A stretch of DNA of 63,164 bases, the filler included, from Stramenopiles sp. TOSAG23-2 (Eukaryota), in assembly GCA_900128395.1 (NCBI GenBank). It is 15 parts of 15 records of this genome, joined end to end, with 100 filler letters (N's around TTAATTAATTAA, not from the genome) between each part and the next. Parts side by side here need not be neighbours in the genome. Positions count along the whole stretch, not along the records: positions 8,482 to 12,612 come from LT650980.1; positions 12,713 to 16,839 come from LT650981.1; positions 16,940 to 21,065 come from LT650982.1; positions 21,166 to 25,291 come from LT650983.1; 11 more parts are not named here. One strand, written 5' to 3'. A program made the translations under genes and the position numbers. Within the stretch, counting starts at the first letter, position 1. The number at the start of each line of letters is the position of its first letter. Under the pieces are notes generated by a model that was not told where the DNA came from, did not search any database, and was given only the letters and a program-made list of their open reading frames with translations. This document shows positions 10,795 to 21,486 of this stretch, piece after piece.

Positions 10795-11607
10795 TTAAAT
10801 TTCTCTTGAACGTTTTTTTTTAGCACCATCATTGTAATATTCATCTTCATCATCTTTTTTTCTTTTATTACCTGCTGCTTGTTGTGCTCCTCCTGATAAT
10901 TTTTTGCCAGTATATTTGGCAAGACGTTTTTTGTATCTCGTCTCTATAGTTGAGATTTTGTCTTCGTATTTTTTCTTTTGTTTTTCTAATTGTCCTTTGA
11001 CAGCTTCAAATGCAACTTTTAATTTGTAAATTTCCATTTTGTGTCCTTTTTTAAGACGACGAATATGTGTTTCCAATGCACTTGACGTGCCGAAACTTTC
11101 TCCTGTCCATTGACATTGCCATTTCGTATTGCTTTTCTCGTGTACACGTTTGATGTGGCGTTTCAATGTTTTGCGAGCACCTAAAAGTTTACCACAGATA
11201 TCACATTTAAACTTTACACCATCATGAATCAATGTATGTGCTTTCAAAGCACCACTATCATGAAAAGCTTTTCCACACGTAAGACATTTAAATGGTCGTT
11301 CACCAGTATGTGCACGTCGAATATGCAAACGTCTTGAACTGGAATAATTGAATGATCGAGTGCATCCTTCGTAAGTACATTTGTATTTACCATTTTGGAT
11401 CGTAGGTTGATTCGCAGTATTGCCAATTTTTTTCACATAGGTCGATACATCCCATTCTTGTGAAACAGATTTTGGTACCCGTTGTAATTTTCTTTTTGAT
11501 ATTTTTACTTTCACACCTTCCGTACCAGTAATTTGTTCTACAATTTGATTGGCAGTTTGTGGTGGAGGTGATTTTGCTGGGGAAGCAGTTGTCGTAACTT
11601 TTGGCAT
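10795..11607 (-). CDS. C2H2 zinc-finger transcription factor with C-terminal coiled coil
   Basis: CTYEGC...HIRRAH, TGERPF linker, CLTC...HTLIH, CDIC...HIKRVH and a fourth degenerate finger, followed by a heptad-rich basic tail. Confidence 0.92.
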   Translation of the reverse strand: MPKVTTTASPAKSPPPQTANQIVEQITGTEGVKVKISKRKLQRVPKSVSQEWDVSTYVKKIGNTANQPTIQNGKYKCTYEGCTRSFNYSSSRRLHIRRAHTGERPFKCLTCGKAFHDSGALKAHTLIHDGVKFKCDICGKLLGARKTLKRHIKRVHEKSNTKWQCQWTGESFGTSSALETHIRRLKKGHKMEIYKLKVAFEAVKGQLEKQKKKYEDKISTIETRYKKRLAKYTGKKLSGGAQQAAGNKRKKDDEDEYYNDGAKKKRSREI

Positions 11608-13482
11608 GTTGTACTTGATTCGTTGTTGTTAATCACTCTGTCTGTCTCTTTCTCTCTGAATTGCTTTTTTTTTTTTGTTCTTTGTATTAAATGATTCCAC
11701 TCTGTCCTCTTGAACCTCTTGTACTTTCTTGTATGTATTTCGGCAGTTTAAATCTATATATATGTGTGTTTTCGCAATGTGTCAGTCGCTCAAAATATAT
11801 ATTAACAAGTATATATTTTAAAATATACCTATCAGATCGGATCACGTTTAAAAATACAATGCTATGCCAATACTAATTGCCCCATCTTTCGTTCAATTTT
11901 CTTCACATTGCTGATTAAAGTGTCCAGTTTAATCATTTCTATTGATGGAAAACCAAATAACGATGAAACCTACTCTTTACTTGTGTGTATAGTAATTTAT
12001 ATAAAGTTCCTATATGTTTTAGTGAAGTGTGGACCTAAATATTTGATTCCATTTCTTGTTTATGCATTGATGCCCCTCTGTTTTTATGGCCTTAAAGAAA
12101 TTTCATAAAGTGATTTTCTTCCTCGATTTGGGTTGTGTTGCAAAGCAAAAAGAACTTTTTGTGCAAAGTTTGAAAATTAGATTCCATGTTCAAAATAAAC
12201 ACAATTGCACAATTCATAAATTTTGTTAGGATGTTATTTGGATGCCCAGTATAATTATTCGTAATGTTGATGCTCATAATTTTCCCTAATACCTTAACAC
12301 CCAACAAGACAAATACCTTAACATTTTTATAAAAAACCAAAATAATTTCCAATTTAAATTAAACTAAACTAATATATATATATACAAAATCGAATGAGCA
12401 GAACAAACATATCATGAGAGAAGAAAAGATGAAAAATATTTTGTGTGAAAATATTAAGAGGTATAACGAGAACATATAAATTTACCTTCAAGACATTGTG
12501 AACAATTATTCAAACAAAAAAAACATAAAATTAATTATTTATAAGAAACAATAGTATTTTATAGAATCATTTTTTAATTAACACATTTTGACGTTTATTT
12601 AAATACAAATATNNNNNNNNNNNNNNNNNNNNNNNNNNNNNNNNNNNNNNNNNNNNTTAATTAATTAANNNNNNNNNNNNNNNNNNNNNNNNNNNNNNNN
12701 NNNNNNNNNNNNGTAATATTTGGTATCAAAACTTTGTTTATTTCGATCAAAACTCCTAAAAATTAAATCTTAATGATGTTCCTTATAAATTAAATATTAT
12801 ACTATTAGAACTATTATACTATTTGAAATCTACTTTTTTGATAGCAGGAACTAATAGTATAATTGCCGCATAAGTACCACATTGGTATTTTATACTTGAA
12901 AAGTGTTTTAGAATACATAGTTTCTTAGATGGTTCTCCTTAAAGCTCCTTAACTTTTTATATGGAACACTTCTTTTGAATCAATATCTATAGTTCTAATA
13001 GTTTGATTTTACAGACAAATTTTTTTTCTAATTAAGGATTATATCAACAAATTCCTAAAGTTGATGTTGCAAGTTAAATACATTTAATAAAAATAGATAA
13101 TATAAAATAGGACATTACGAAACATTTTTAAATTATAATTTATTCTATGCATTAATTTATTTTTAATTTACTCATGCATTTATATATGTAGAGATCTTTA
13201 CCCTATGATGTATTAACATAATAAATTGCCATCCTTGCCGCGTTGTACAAGCTTCCGTTGACCATCTTTATTGTTTATCACTTGAAACATCTCTGTAAAG
13301 CTGTATCGATAAATAATAATCAAAAAGCTGGAAAGAAAGTTTGGGTTTTAATTGTATTTGCATGCTTTTTTAATCAAAAAGCTGGAAAGAAAGTCGCCAA
13401 GCCCCCCCTTTTTTACACAAAAATAATCTTAAGATTCCTTATTTTACAAATAGCTCTTTTTGGTGCCGTAAAGCATAAATGG

Positions 13483-13703
13483 TTGCCGGCACGTCTTGCC
13501 GGCATGCAGGCAAAGTTTTAAGGGATGCCGGCAACTTTTTATATGGATATAGCACTGGTGCCGTTAAAGTTGCCGGCATGCCGGCAAGTTGCCGGCATTT
13601 GAATAGGGAGAGAATAGCATTAGAGAGATTTTTGCTCGCCGGCATGAGATGGATTTCAGAATTTGCCGGATCGGGCTTTGCCGGCATGCCGTGGCCATCC
13701 CTG
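13483..13703 (-). mobile_element. Probable DNA-transposon terminus (hAT-like) with subterminal GCCGGCA repeats
   Basis: Eight GCCGGCA copies in ~200 bp of GC-rich DNA ending sharply in CCATCCCTG. The reverse complement CAGGGATGG resembles the Ac/Ds terminal inverted repeat start CAGGGATG. The other end was not found. Confidence 0.55.
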
Positions 13704-13923
13704 TAAATCAGCAACAAAAGTAAGGTGTCAAGCATGCATATAGTATACTAATAGGTAAAGATATTGGCAATCCACTTTAAGGAGTCAAAAAAGTAAATTG
13801 TTTTTATGAGAATCACGGCCTGAAATTTAACATAGATATACCATATCAGTCGTTCATAAATCAGCAACTAAAGTAAGGTGTCCAGTGTCCAGTATGCATA
13901 TAGTATACTAATAGTTAAAGATA
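13704..13923 (+). repeat. Imperfect ~60-bp direct repeat
   Basis: TAAATCAGCAAC.AAAGTAAGGTGTC...ATGCATATAGTATACTAATAG.TAAAGATA occurs at 13704 and 13857. Confidence 0.8.
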
Positions 13924-14642
13924 CAGGCAAATATGGTATTGAACCAACATTTCCTAAAACATTGCAGCGTTGTAATGTCAAATTGTTCGAATTTTATACT
14001 CAAACTGGATTTATTACATACATTCAATAAGTTGGTTTAATAGCATGGACATATAATAAGTTTACATGCTCAGGTACCCGGAGTAGCATGGACACAGTGC
14101 CAGTTCAAGGATGTGAATTTAGTGATTAGTGATTAGGGAGTACACAAGGTTAACATGTTGTTTTCTTTCATATTATTTTTGTGTTCCCAGAGAATGGAAA
14201 TGCGGATAATTTTCATCAAATGGTTGATATTTCCAAGGAATCGGACGACGACTCGAAGAGGACCAACATTCTGGCGAAAAATCATGTTGAATTTGTGGAA
14301 TTTGGCAGTTAAATACAAAAATATGAAGCTATCGACAGCAATTGGGAGAGGAAAACAGAAAAGAAATTACAAGAAACACATATAAAAAAGAATAGAAGAC
14401 ACCAACAAAAGTACTATTAAGTTGTTTTGACAGGTATATTAATAATAATTTCTTATTTGTTAGCTAAGAGATTTTTTTTTTGTATATTATTACAAAAAAA
14501 CAAAAAAAACATTTTTTTTTTTTTTTAATTTTAAGCTTATAAATAATTACATACTACGAAAAAAATATATATAATTCCAAAATTATAAAGAGAAAAAAAA
14601 ATAAAATAAACAACCCGACAATATACATACAAAAGAGTAAAT

Positions 14643-16139
14643 ATGAAGAAAACAAACAAGATTTCCACGCTTGAAAACGTACCATCAAATGTATCACAAA
14701 AAATGATTCAACGATTAAAACAGCAACCATTAAGTAAAAATCGATTTAGGTATGAAACTAGTAAATTACCAAAAAACATACAAATTCCAAATAATATATC
14801 AAACAAAGCAGCATTATCGTTGTATTATAGTATTGCTGAATCAAAAAATTGTTATATGGATGATGAGTCAAAATTAAACGAAGATTATATAAAAAATTCC
14901 AGAAGTATTAAATTTTATGCAAGTGAAAAATATAACAAATTAAGAAATAAATTGTTGAGTGATGAATTGAAAAAAGATAAAGCAAGTGGTAAGCATTTAA
15001 TCAACACTTCGTTATTAGCGTTACAAGAACATATTATTGATTTGAAAAAAAAATCACAAGCAGTTAGAGATTATCAACCATCATCTATAATAGGAGAGGA
15101 AGAAACTGTCGTGGAAGTAATAAAACCAAAAAAGAGTAATACCCCAAATAGTAATATGCTTGCACTTGTTAAAGAAGAAGAAAATGATAATAATAATAGC
15201 AATGACTTGTTAAGATTGAAAGAGACATCGTCAATTTTGAAAATGTCCTTTATACCTACAAATATTGAAGCATTATGTACTGTTGCAAAGGAAGCTAATG
15301 TATTAATTGAATCAAAAACACGTGATAAAAAATTATCAAAATTATCACATTTGCCATCGAAATTTGGTTTATGTCCAGCTTCATTAAACCCAGATGATAC
15401 TATTCTATCCAAAATTGCTAAACGTACTTCTAAAGGCTTAGAATCTGTTTCAAATGAATATTTTGCAGTTATTAATGATAATAATATGCCACTCGGCGGT
15501 GGTTCACAAGGCCCAAATGGTGTTTTACATTGTTGTAATTCTGTTAAATATGGTAGAAATAGAATCAACCTTTTTGGACGTGATGTTGATACAACATTGC
15601 AATTAGCAAATGATTATATTGAATTTCGTGATGCAAATTTAATCAACATTTTTCGTATGTATGTATCTAAATTAAATAGCTATGTTGGTAATTGGAAATT
15701 ACATCCAACAAAAGATGGGACTCTTCCAGAAAATATACGTGATGCGTATACGTCTACATGTGGATTTTTATCTGCTATTGTAAATAAATTACCAACTAAT
15801 CCAACTGCAAATGATTTAAATGAACTTGGTGTATCTGTAGTTTCATTCTGTCAAACATGGCAGAAAGGTCATAGTATTGGAGAGGCACAATTTTCTGTTA
15901 TGTCACCACATTTTCAAACGCGTTTTTATGTTTCTGATAGCAATAAATTGCCAGAGCAATCATTTAAATTAATTGATGATTATGGGAAAATGATTGATTA
16001 TTTCACTAATGATATGTTAGCAAAAGGTTATGAAAAAGCATTTGTAAATATTGATAAAATGTTGCAGAATATGATGAACAAGAGTACTGCTATTAAAAAT
16101 GAAACGATGGTGACACAACGTTTGAAGAGCAATGTGTGA
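14643..16139 (+). CDS. Hypothetical protein, 498 aa
   Basis: Long uninterrupted ORF in AT-rich DNA with a low-complexity N-terminal half and a globular-looking C-terminal half. No family recognised. Confidence 0.8.
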   Translation: MKKTNKISTLENVPSNVSQKMIQRLKQQPLSKNRFRYETSKLPKNIQIPNNISNKAALSLYYSIAESKNCYMDDESKLNEDYIKNSRSIKFYASEKYNKLRNKLLSDELKKDKASGKHLINTSLLALQEHIIDLKKKSQAVRDYQPSSIIGEEETVVEVIKPKKSNTPNSNMLALVKEEENDNNNSNDLLRLKETSSILKMSFIPTNIEALCTVAKEANVLIESKTRDKKLSKLSHLPSKFGLCPASLNPDDTILSKIAKRTSKGLESVSNEYFAVINDNNMPLGGGSQGPNGVLHCCNSVKYGRNRINLFGRDVDTTLQLANDYIEFRDANLINIFRMYVSKLNSYVGNWKLHPTKDGTLPENIRDAYTSTCGFLSAIVNKLPTNPTANDLNELGVSVVSFCQTWQKGHSIGEAQFSVMSPHFQTRFYVSDSNKLPEQSFKLIDDYGKMIDYFTNDMLAKGYEKAFVNIDKMLQNMMNKSTAIKNETMVTQRLKSNV

Positions 16140-16759
16140 AAATCTTATGTCTGATTGGTAATGATGAGAGCATTCACACACAGTACTTGGTATTTTTCAC
16201 TTTTCGCACAAATTCGGGGGACAGGTGTTGCACGTGGCTCCGAATTCAGAGAGGAGAGAGACAGAGAGAGAGACATTTTTAAAAAAAATTTTAAAAAATA
16301 ACCAATATACGATATATATAATTTAATTTACGATATATATAAATGATGGTTAAAATCTAAGTCATAAATCTAGAGAATAAAATAATTACGTGGAGAGACT
16401 CGGAGAAAAGGTGTGAAATTTTTTAATGTCCAAGATTGTAGATGATTAGAGAGAGTGATTTTAAAAAAAACCATGTGTGTATTATTTTATATAAATTTAC
16501 ATTAAATTGTTGTTTCCAAACTATTGTGCTATTCGCTATTCAAAAATGTTAAAATACAACACAAATTTTTACTGCTCTCTTCTTGTCTCTCCGTGTGAGT
16601 GACTTTAAAATTTTACTAAAATCATCTGAATCTTTATCAATCTATTTCGGATTACCGTTTTCATCGTATTCACTTTCACTCTCCGGCACGTTTTCCACCT
16701 TTTAAACGTATAAGATCAATGATCTTTTGTTGAATTGGACTTTTATTATGATATGCCTG

Positions 16760-16803
16760 GTCCAGGGGAGTGGTTCCCCTGGACGTCTTCTTATTAATGC
16801 TAG
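16760..16803 (+). mobile_element. Helitron-like 3' terminus (GC-rich hairpin then CTAG|T)
   Basis: Perfect 10-bp stem GTCCAGGGGA-gtggt-TCCCCTGGAC (16760-16784), a 15-nt gap, then CTAG (16800-16803) followed by T. Confidence 0.6.
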
Positions 16804-16939
16804 TAAGAGACATATTAGTTAATAACAACTCAATCAACTNNNNNNNNNNNNNNNNNNNNNNNNNNNNNNNNNNNNNNNNNNNNTTAATTAATTAANNNNN
16901 NNNNNNNNNNNNNNNNNNNNNNNNNNNNNNNNNNNNNNN

Positions 16940-18015
16940 TTATGATATTAGGTTTTTTATCAGTTGTTACACCAAAATATTTTTGCCAAGGGAAACCTTT
17001 TTGGTTTAGTGTCGGTAACATGTTTAGTGCAGGCGTATTACTATCAGCGGCTATTGTGCATAGTTTAAGTGATGCAAGTGCAACTACTTTTTACCAAAGT
17101 TACAAAGTACCATATGTAAATATGATTTGTGGTATAAGTTTTTTAGTTATGTTATTAGTAGAAGAAATTGGTCATACTGCACATGATAGTAGCAATAGTC
17201 ACCATCACCATTACTTAGAAGAAGGTGATGGAGATGAGCAAAACGAGGAATTTCATGATAAGAATCAAAGCAATACAACGAAACAAGGCCGACAAGTGAC
17301 ACCAGAAAGTGAAAGACGTGGACGTAGTCATAGCCATGGCCATGAGCATGGCCATGACAACCATTCGCATTACGATCATAATCATTCACATGGAATGGAT
17401 AAAAATAATGATGATTATGGAACTCTAAAAGCGCCTATTTTATTACGTTTACATTCATCATCATCATCAACTGGAGGGGCATCGCCGCACCCAAATAGAC
17501 ACCATCATCATGCAAAGCATTTAGAAGAACATCTTGAAAGCTCCATTAAATCAGTGATGACGTTATTATTTGCATTGATAATACATTCTGTCATTCTTGG
17601 AATATCGATTGGTGTGGCAGATGCATTTTCCGCATTTTTGGAATTAACGTTGGCTGTGCTTAGTCATAAATTATTTGCTGGATTTGCATTGGGAAGTACC
17701 ATGAAAGCGGCAAATATTGAAAACAAAAAGCGATTGTTTTCAACAGCTGCAGGTTTTGCAATTAGCACACCACTTGGAATTGTAATTGGTATGAATATGA
17801 AATTAAACGATGATACTTCTTCCGTATTTAGTGGGACTATTAAAGCAGTTGTTGCTGGATTGTTTTTATATATTTCAATTATCGAAATTTGTATGAAAGA
17901 ATTACTTATTTGTCGTGAAAATGCAAAGAAATTCGGCATTGGTAATGAAACTGCAAAATTATTAGGAATTGTTTTTGGATTTATATGCATGAGTTTACTT
18001 GCATTTTGGTTATAA
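16940..18015 (+). CDS. ZIP (SLC39) zinc/iron transporter, probably 5' truncated
   Basis: GNMFSAGVLLSAAIVHSL, a long His-rich loop (HSHGHEHGHD...), LIIHSVILGISIG, LSHKLFAGFALG, STPLGIVIG and AGLFLYI. Confidence 0.93.
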
Positions 18016-18157
18016 AATGGATTTTTTAAAACAATGTGTGTGTGTGTGTGTGTGTGTGTAGAATTTATTAAATTCGTACGCGAATATTTATTTTTAATGT
18101 GTTTATTTCATGTGGTGCGTGTATATCATATGAATGTATTTAGCATCATAATTTTTT

Positions 18158-19027
18158 TTATATTTTCTTTACTAATGCCAACACACTAAATTGAATCAAT
18201 TCAGGATTTTTATTCATAAAATTTGTTTGAATGACATGGAATGCATCTTGTACAAAGGTCTCTTGACTTGTATTTCCATGTAAAATTGGCCCGAACTTTG
18301 TACCATCTAATTCAAATAAACAATTGTCATCATCACGTATGAACGCGACGAAATGATGGTCTAAATCAGGACCATCGCGATCGGGGCAATTTGTTTGCGC
18401 ATTACCACTTTGTGCACTGTTATCGGATTGACATTTCAATGATTTTGTATTTGATAAAACTTTTCCACGTGTCGATGGATTGCAAGTTAGTGTTTTATCT
18501 TTAAAATGTTTAATAGCTGATTTCTCCTCAATACTTTCATCTAGATTACATAAGACGTGCAAAGTTGCTATTGTCCCACATGCATTTCCAAAGCTAGCAA
18601 CTTGCTCTAAAAAAAATAAATGCTTTGTCTTTTCTAAATATGTTTTAGTTTTTCCATTCCCATATTTCTGTATAATCTCTTTTTGTTCAATTTCACGATA
18701 TGAATATATCTCATCAGTACAAGGGAATAATAATACAAGTGCAAGTACATTTGATGGGTTTGGTAATAAGGATGGATGTAGTACATCAATAAATTCATAA
18801 GATTTACTCATACCAATTGACAACGAGAATTCATTTAGGACTTCCGGGTTACTTTCTAAAGCCAACCAAGGTGTATCTTCATTAAAACCATCTCCATTTT
18901 TATCATAATCACCATTTTCTCTCACGGTTTTATTTATAATTTTCAATCTGTCAACAGGTTGTTCTTCCAAGTTGTTGTTATTATTGTTGTTGTTATTGGA
19001 ATTACTTTGCCCCATCTTTTCTGACAT
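18158..19027 (-). CDS. Ubiquitin C-terminal hydrolase, peptidase C12 (UCH-L1/L3-like)
   Basis: WLALESNPEVLN, LVLLFP, Q...NACGTIA (Cys), HHFVAF (His), FELDG (Asp) and C-terminal FSVLAL. Confidence 0.93.
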   Translation of the reverse strand: MSEKMGQSNSNNNNNNNNNLEEQPVDRLKIINKTVRENGDYDKNGDGFNEDTPWLALESNPEVLNEFSLSIGMSKSYEFIDVLHPSLLPNPSNVLALVLLFPCTDEIYSYREIEQKEIIQKYGNGKTKTYLEKTKHLFFLEQVASFGNACGTIATLHVLCNLDESIEEKSAIKHFKDKTLTCNPSTRGKVLSNTKSLKCQSDNSAQSGNAQTNCPDRDGPDLDHHFVAFIRDDDNCLFELDGTKFGPILHGNTSQETFVQDAFHVIQTNFMNKNPELIQFSVLALVKKI

Positions 19028-19368
19028 TTTATATTATATATATATGGGAATGTAGATGTAAGGAGATTAATAAATTTGTTGATAAACATGTATACAATAT
19101 AATGTATATATATATATTATATTTATAAATATTTTTAATATTTAATAGCTATTACCATTTATTTTACGGGTCACACACTCAATTTATAATATCATATACT
19201 ATAGATACCAAAAAAAAATATTTACCCAGTATATATTCGAAGTATATGATAATATACATTACACACAAAATTTAACAAATAAAAAAATCTAGCTCTTATA
19301 TATATACACATACATAATAAATTTCATGGATAATGCCAAATTGCCAAAAAAGATTTTAAACGCAAGAT

Positions 19369-20823
19369 TTATAAAGACTTGTTTTGTAAAAAACGTGAAA
19401 CTAATTCCAATGCTTCCTTTGATTTATCAGTAGCAACCATATGTCCAGCCCCTCTAACTGTAGCAAAAGTAAGTGATGGTTTATAACTTTGTGTATAACC
19501 AGCAATCTGTTTGACTTTATTATCATCTTCTACCACCCATTTACGATATGTATCCAATGGCTCAAATCCTAATTCAGCAATGCGTTTCCTAGTACCAATA
19601 AATGGTACACATGAATCAACATCGCCACTAAAGACCAATATCCTTATATTTTCGTAATTTTTACCAAATTCTTCATAAATTAATGGAATTAACGATTTAT
19701 TGTAAGGATATAGCCAATTTAATGAAAAACCACATGTAGTCCACGTAACATTTGCTATTGTATCAGATACATGCAATGCTTTTCGTACAGATTTTAAATT
19801 TAAATAATGTTCAATATTTGTAAAATTATTGCAAGGTACAACAGTATGACCAATATTTACATCAAAAAATAATGATGATGATTTAGATGATGGTTGACGA
19901 TTGATAATTTCATCTGTGACAGCACAACCACCTTTCAGGCTTGGACCAAACCCAATACAAGGTCTATATATGTTGTAAGGATCGATGCCATACAAATTGC
20001 TTTCTGCGATATTTAACATTGCTGCTGTACATTCCTTTGGTGTATTACCGTCTTTACATACATGTTCTATTGCATCATATTGCATATCATCCATAAAGCC
20101 ATGGTTACGTATAAAATTTGCATAACCATCATTGTAACTTAATGGAGATAATCCGGATGGATTACCAACAAAAAATCCTTTTAAATTAATGTTATCATTC
20201 CTATTTCTATTATTTCCTTCAACAATTGCTTTTGCTAACATAGGAATATAAACACCTGCATGTGATTCGCCACTTAAATATAAATCCCGTCCAATATACT
20301 TAGGATGTTTTACATAAAAACCCTTTAAAAAATTATAATTATCAAGACAGGTAACATTATCACCAGTCTTGGCTGAGCCACCATAACTAAATCCAACTCC
20401 TGCTGGAGTTTCAAGGTAAATAATATTTGCATTTTTATTCCATGAATATATATTTTCAATTAGGGTCGTTCCATTTTCAGAAACTTTGAACGGACCGTGT
20501 TCTGTTAATAAACCTAATAAAGATGAGCATCCAGGACCCCCATTTAACCATAAAATTAAAGGATCTTTCAATGGATTGGTAGATTGAGATTCTACCAACC
20601 AATAAAATAGATTCGATGACGAATTCTCCTCCATACTTTCTACACTAATGTATCCAGAATACATTTTAAAATTTATTTTATAGTTTAACCCTGGCAAATG
20701 TTTAATGATATCATTTTCACCACTTTCACCATCATATTTACCAACCTTTGTATTGTAACTATTCACTAATGATAAACATATTGTTAAAGCAAAGATGTTA
20801 TTTACAAATAAGAAACGGTTCAT
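19369..20823 (-). CDS. Serine carboxypeptidase S10 (cathepsin A-like), secreted
   Basis: Likely start MNRFLF at 20823. Motifs YSGYI, LFYWLVES, PLILWLNGGPGCSS, GESHAG, SGDVDSCVP and ATVRGAGHMV. Confidence 0.95.
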   Translation of the reverse strand: MNRFLFVNNIFALTICLSLVNSYNTKVGKYDGESGENDIIKHLPGLNYKINFKMYSGYISVESMEENSSSNLFYWLVESQSTNPLKDPLILWLNGGPGCSSLLGLLTEHGPFKVSENGTTLIENIYSWNKNANIIYLETPAGVGFSYGGSAKTGDNVTCLDNYNFLKGFYVKHPKYIGRDLYLSGESHAGVYIPMLAKAIVEGNNRNRNDNINLKGFFVGNPSGLSPLSYNDGYANFIRNHGFMDDMQYDAIEHVCKDGNTPKECTAAMLNIAESNLYGIDPYNIYRPCIGFGPSLKGGCAVTDEIINRQPSSKSSSLFFDVNIGHTVVPCNNFTNIEHYLNLKSVRKALHVSDTIANVTWTTCGFSLNWLYPYNKSLIPLIYEEFGKNYENIRILVFSGDVDSCVPFIGTRKRIAELGFEPLDTYRKWVVEDDNKVKQIAGYTQSYKPSLTFATVRGAGHMVATDKSKEALELVSRFLQNKSL

Positions 20824-21486
20824 CTTTTTGATAACATTATGTTCTATCGAACTATACATATATATATATATATCTTTCACGAGTATGTATACACTTTCTT
20901 TCCATTTCTAAAAATTATATTATTTTCACATTATTTCCAGATTATTTCTTCTTCACCACATTTCAAATTTCAAAACCGGGTTTGATTTAAGTGCTAATTT
21001 AGTATTATATACACACCACACACCAGTTTATATTTTATACATATAGATTTAAAGCTACAGAGTCTNNNNNNNNNNNNNNNNNNNNNNNNNNNNNNNNNNN
21101 NNNNNNNNNTTAATTAATTAANNNNNNNNNNNNNNNNNNNNNNNNNNNNNNNNNNNNNNNNNNNNCCAGCTCCAATTTTAAACGCACGAAAGCCTAATTT
21201 CATATAAGGACCCATTTTTTTTTATTTATTTCTTCGCTCTTCTTCGCTTAGCACCTTATTCAACCCAAAAAAATAATAAAAAAGATATGTACTCGTATAT
21301 ACTCCTAATACATGTACTCCTGTTGAATAATAGATACATAAATATTATTCGTATTACGATATAAAGAAACCTCTTCTTCATTTGATATCATTGAAATACG
21401 TTAAAGTTAGAACATATATTATAAGAACTAATTCAATTTCGTAATTTTTCTTATATATGTATATAATATTAATTGAATAAACGGAA

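Noticed and set aside
13243-13735. ORFs 13243-13521, 13439-13735 and 13479-13706
   Set aside because: They are open only because of the GC-rich GCCGGCA repeats and show no protein-family features.
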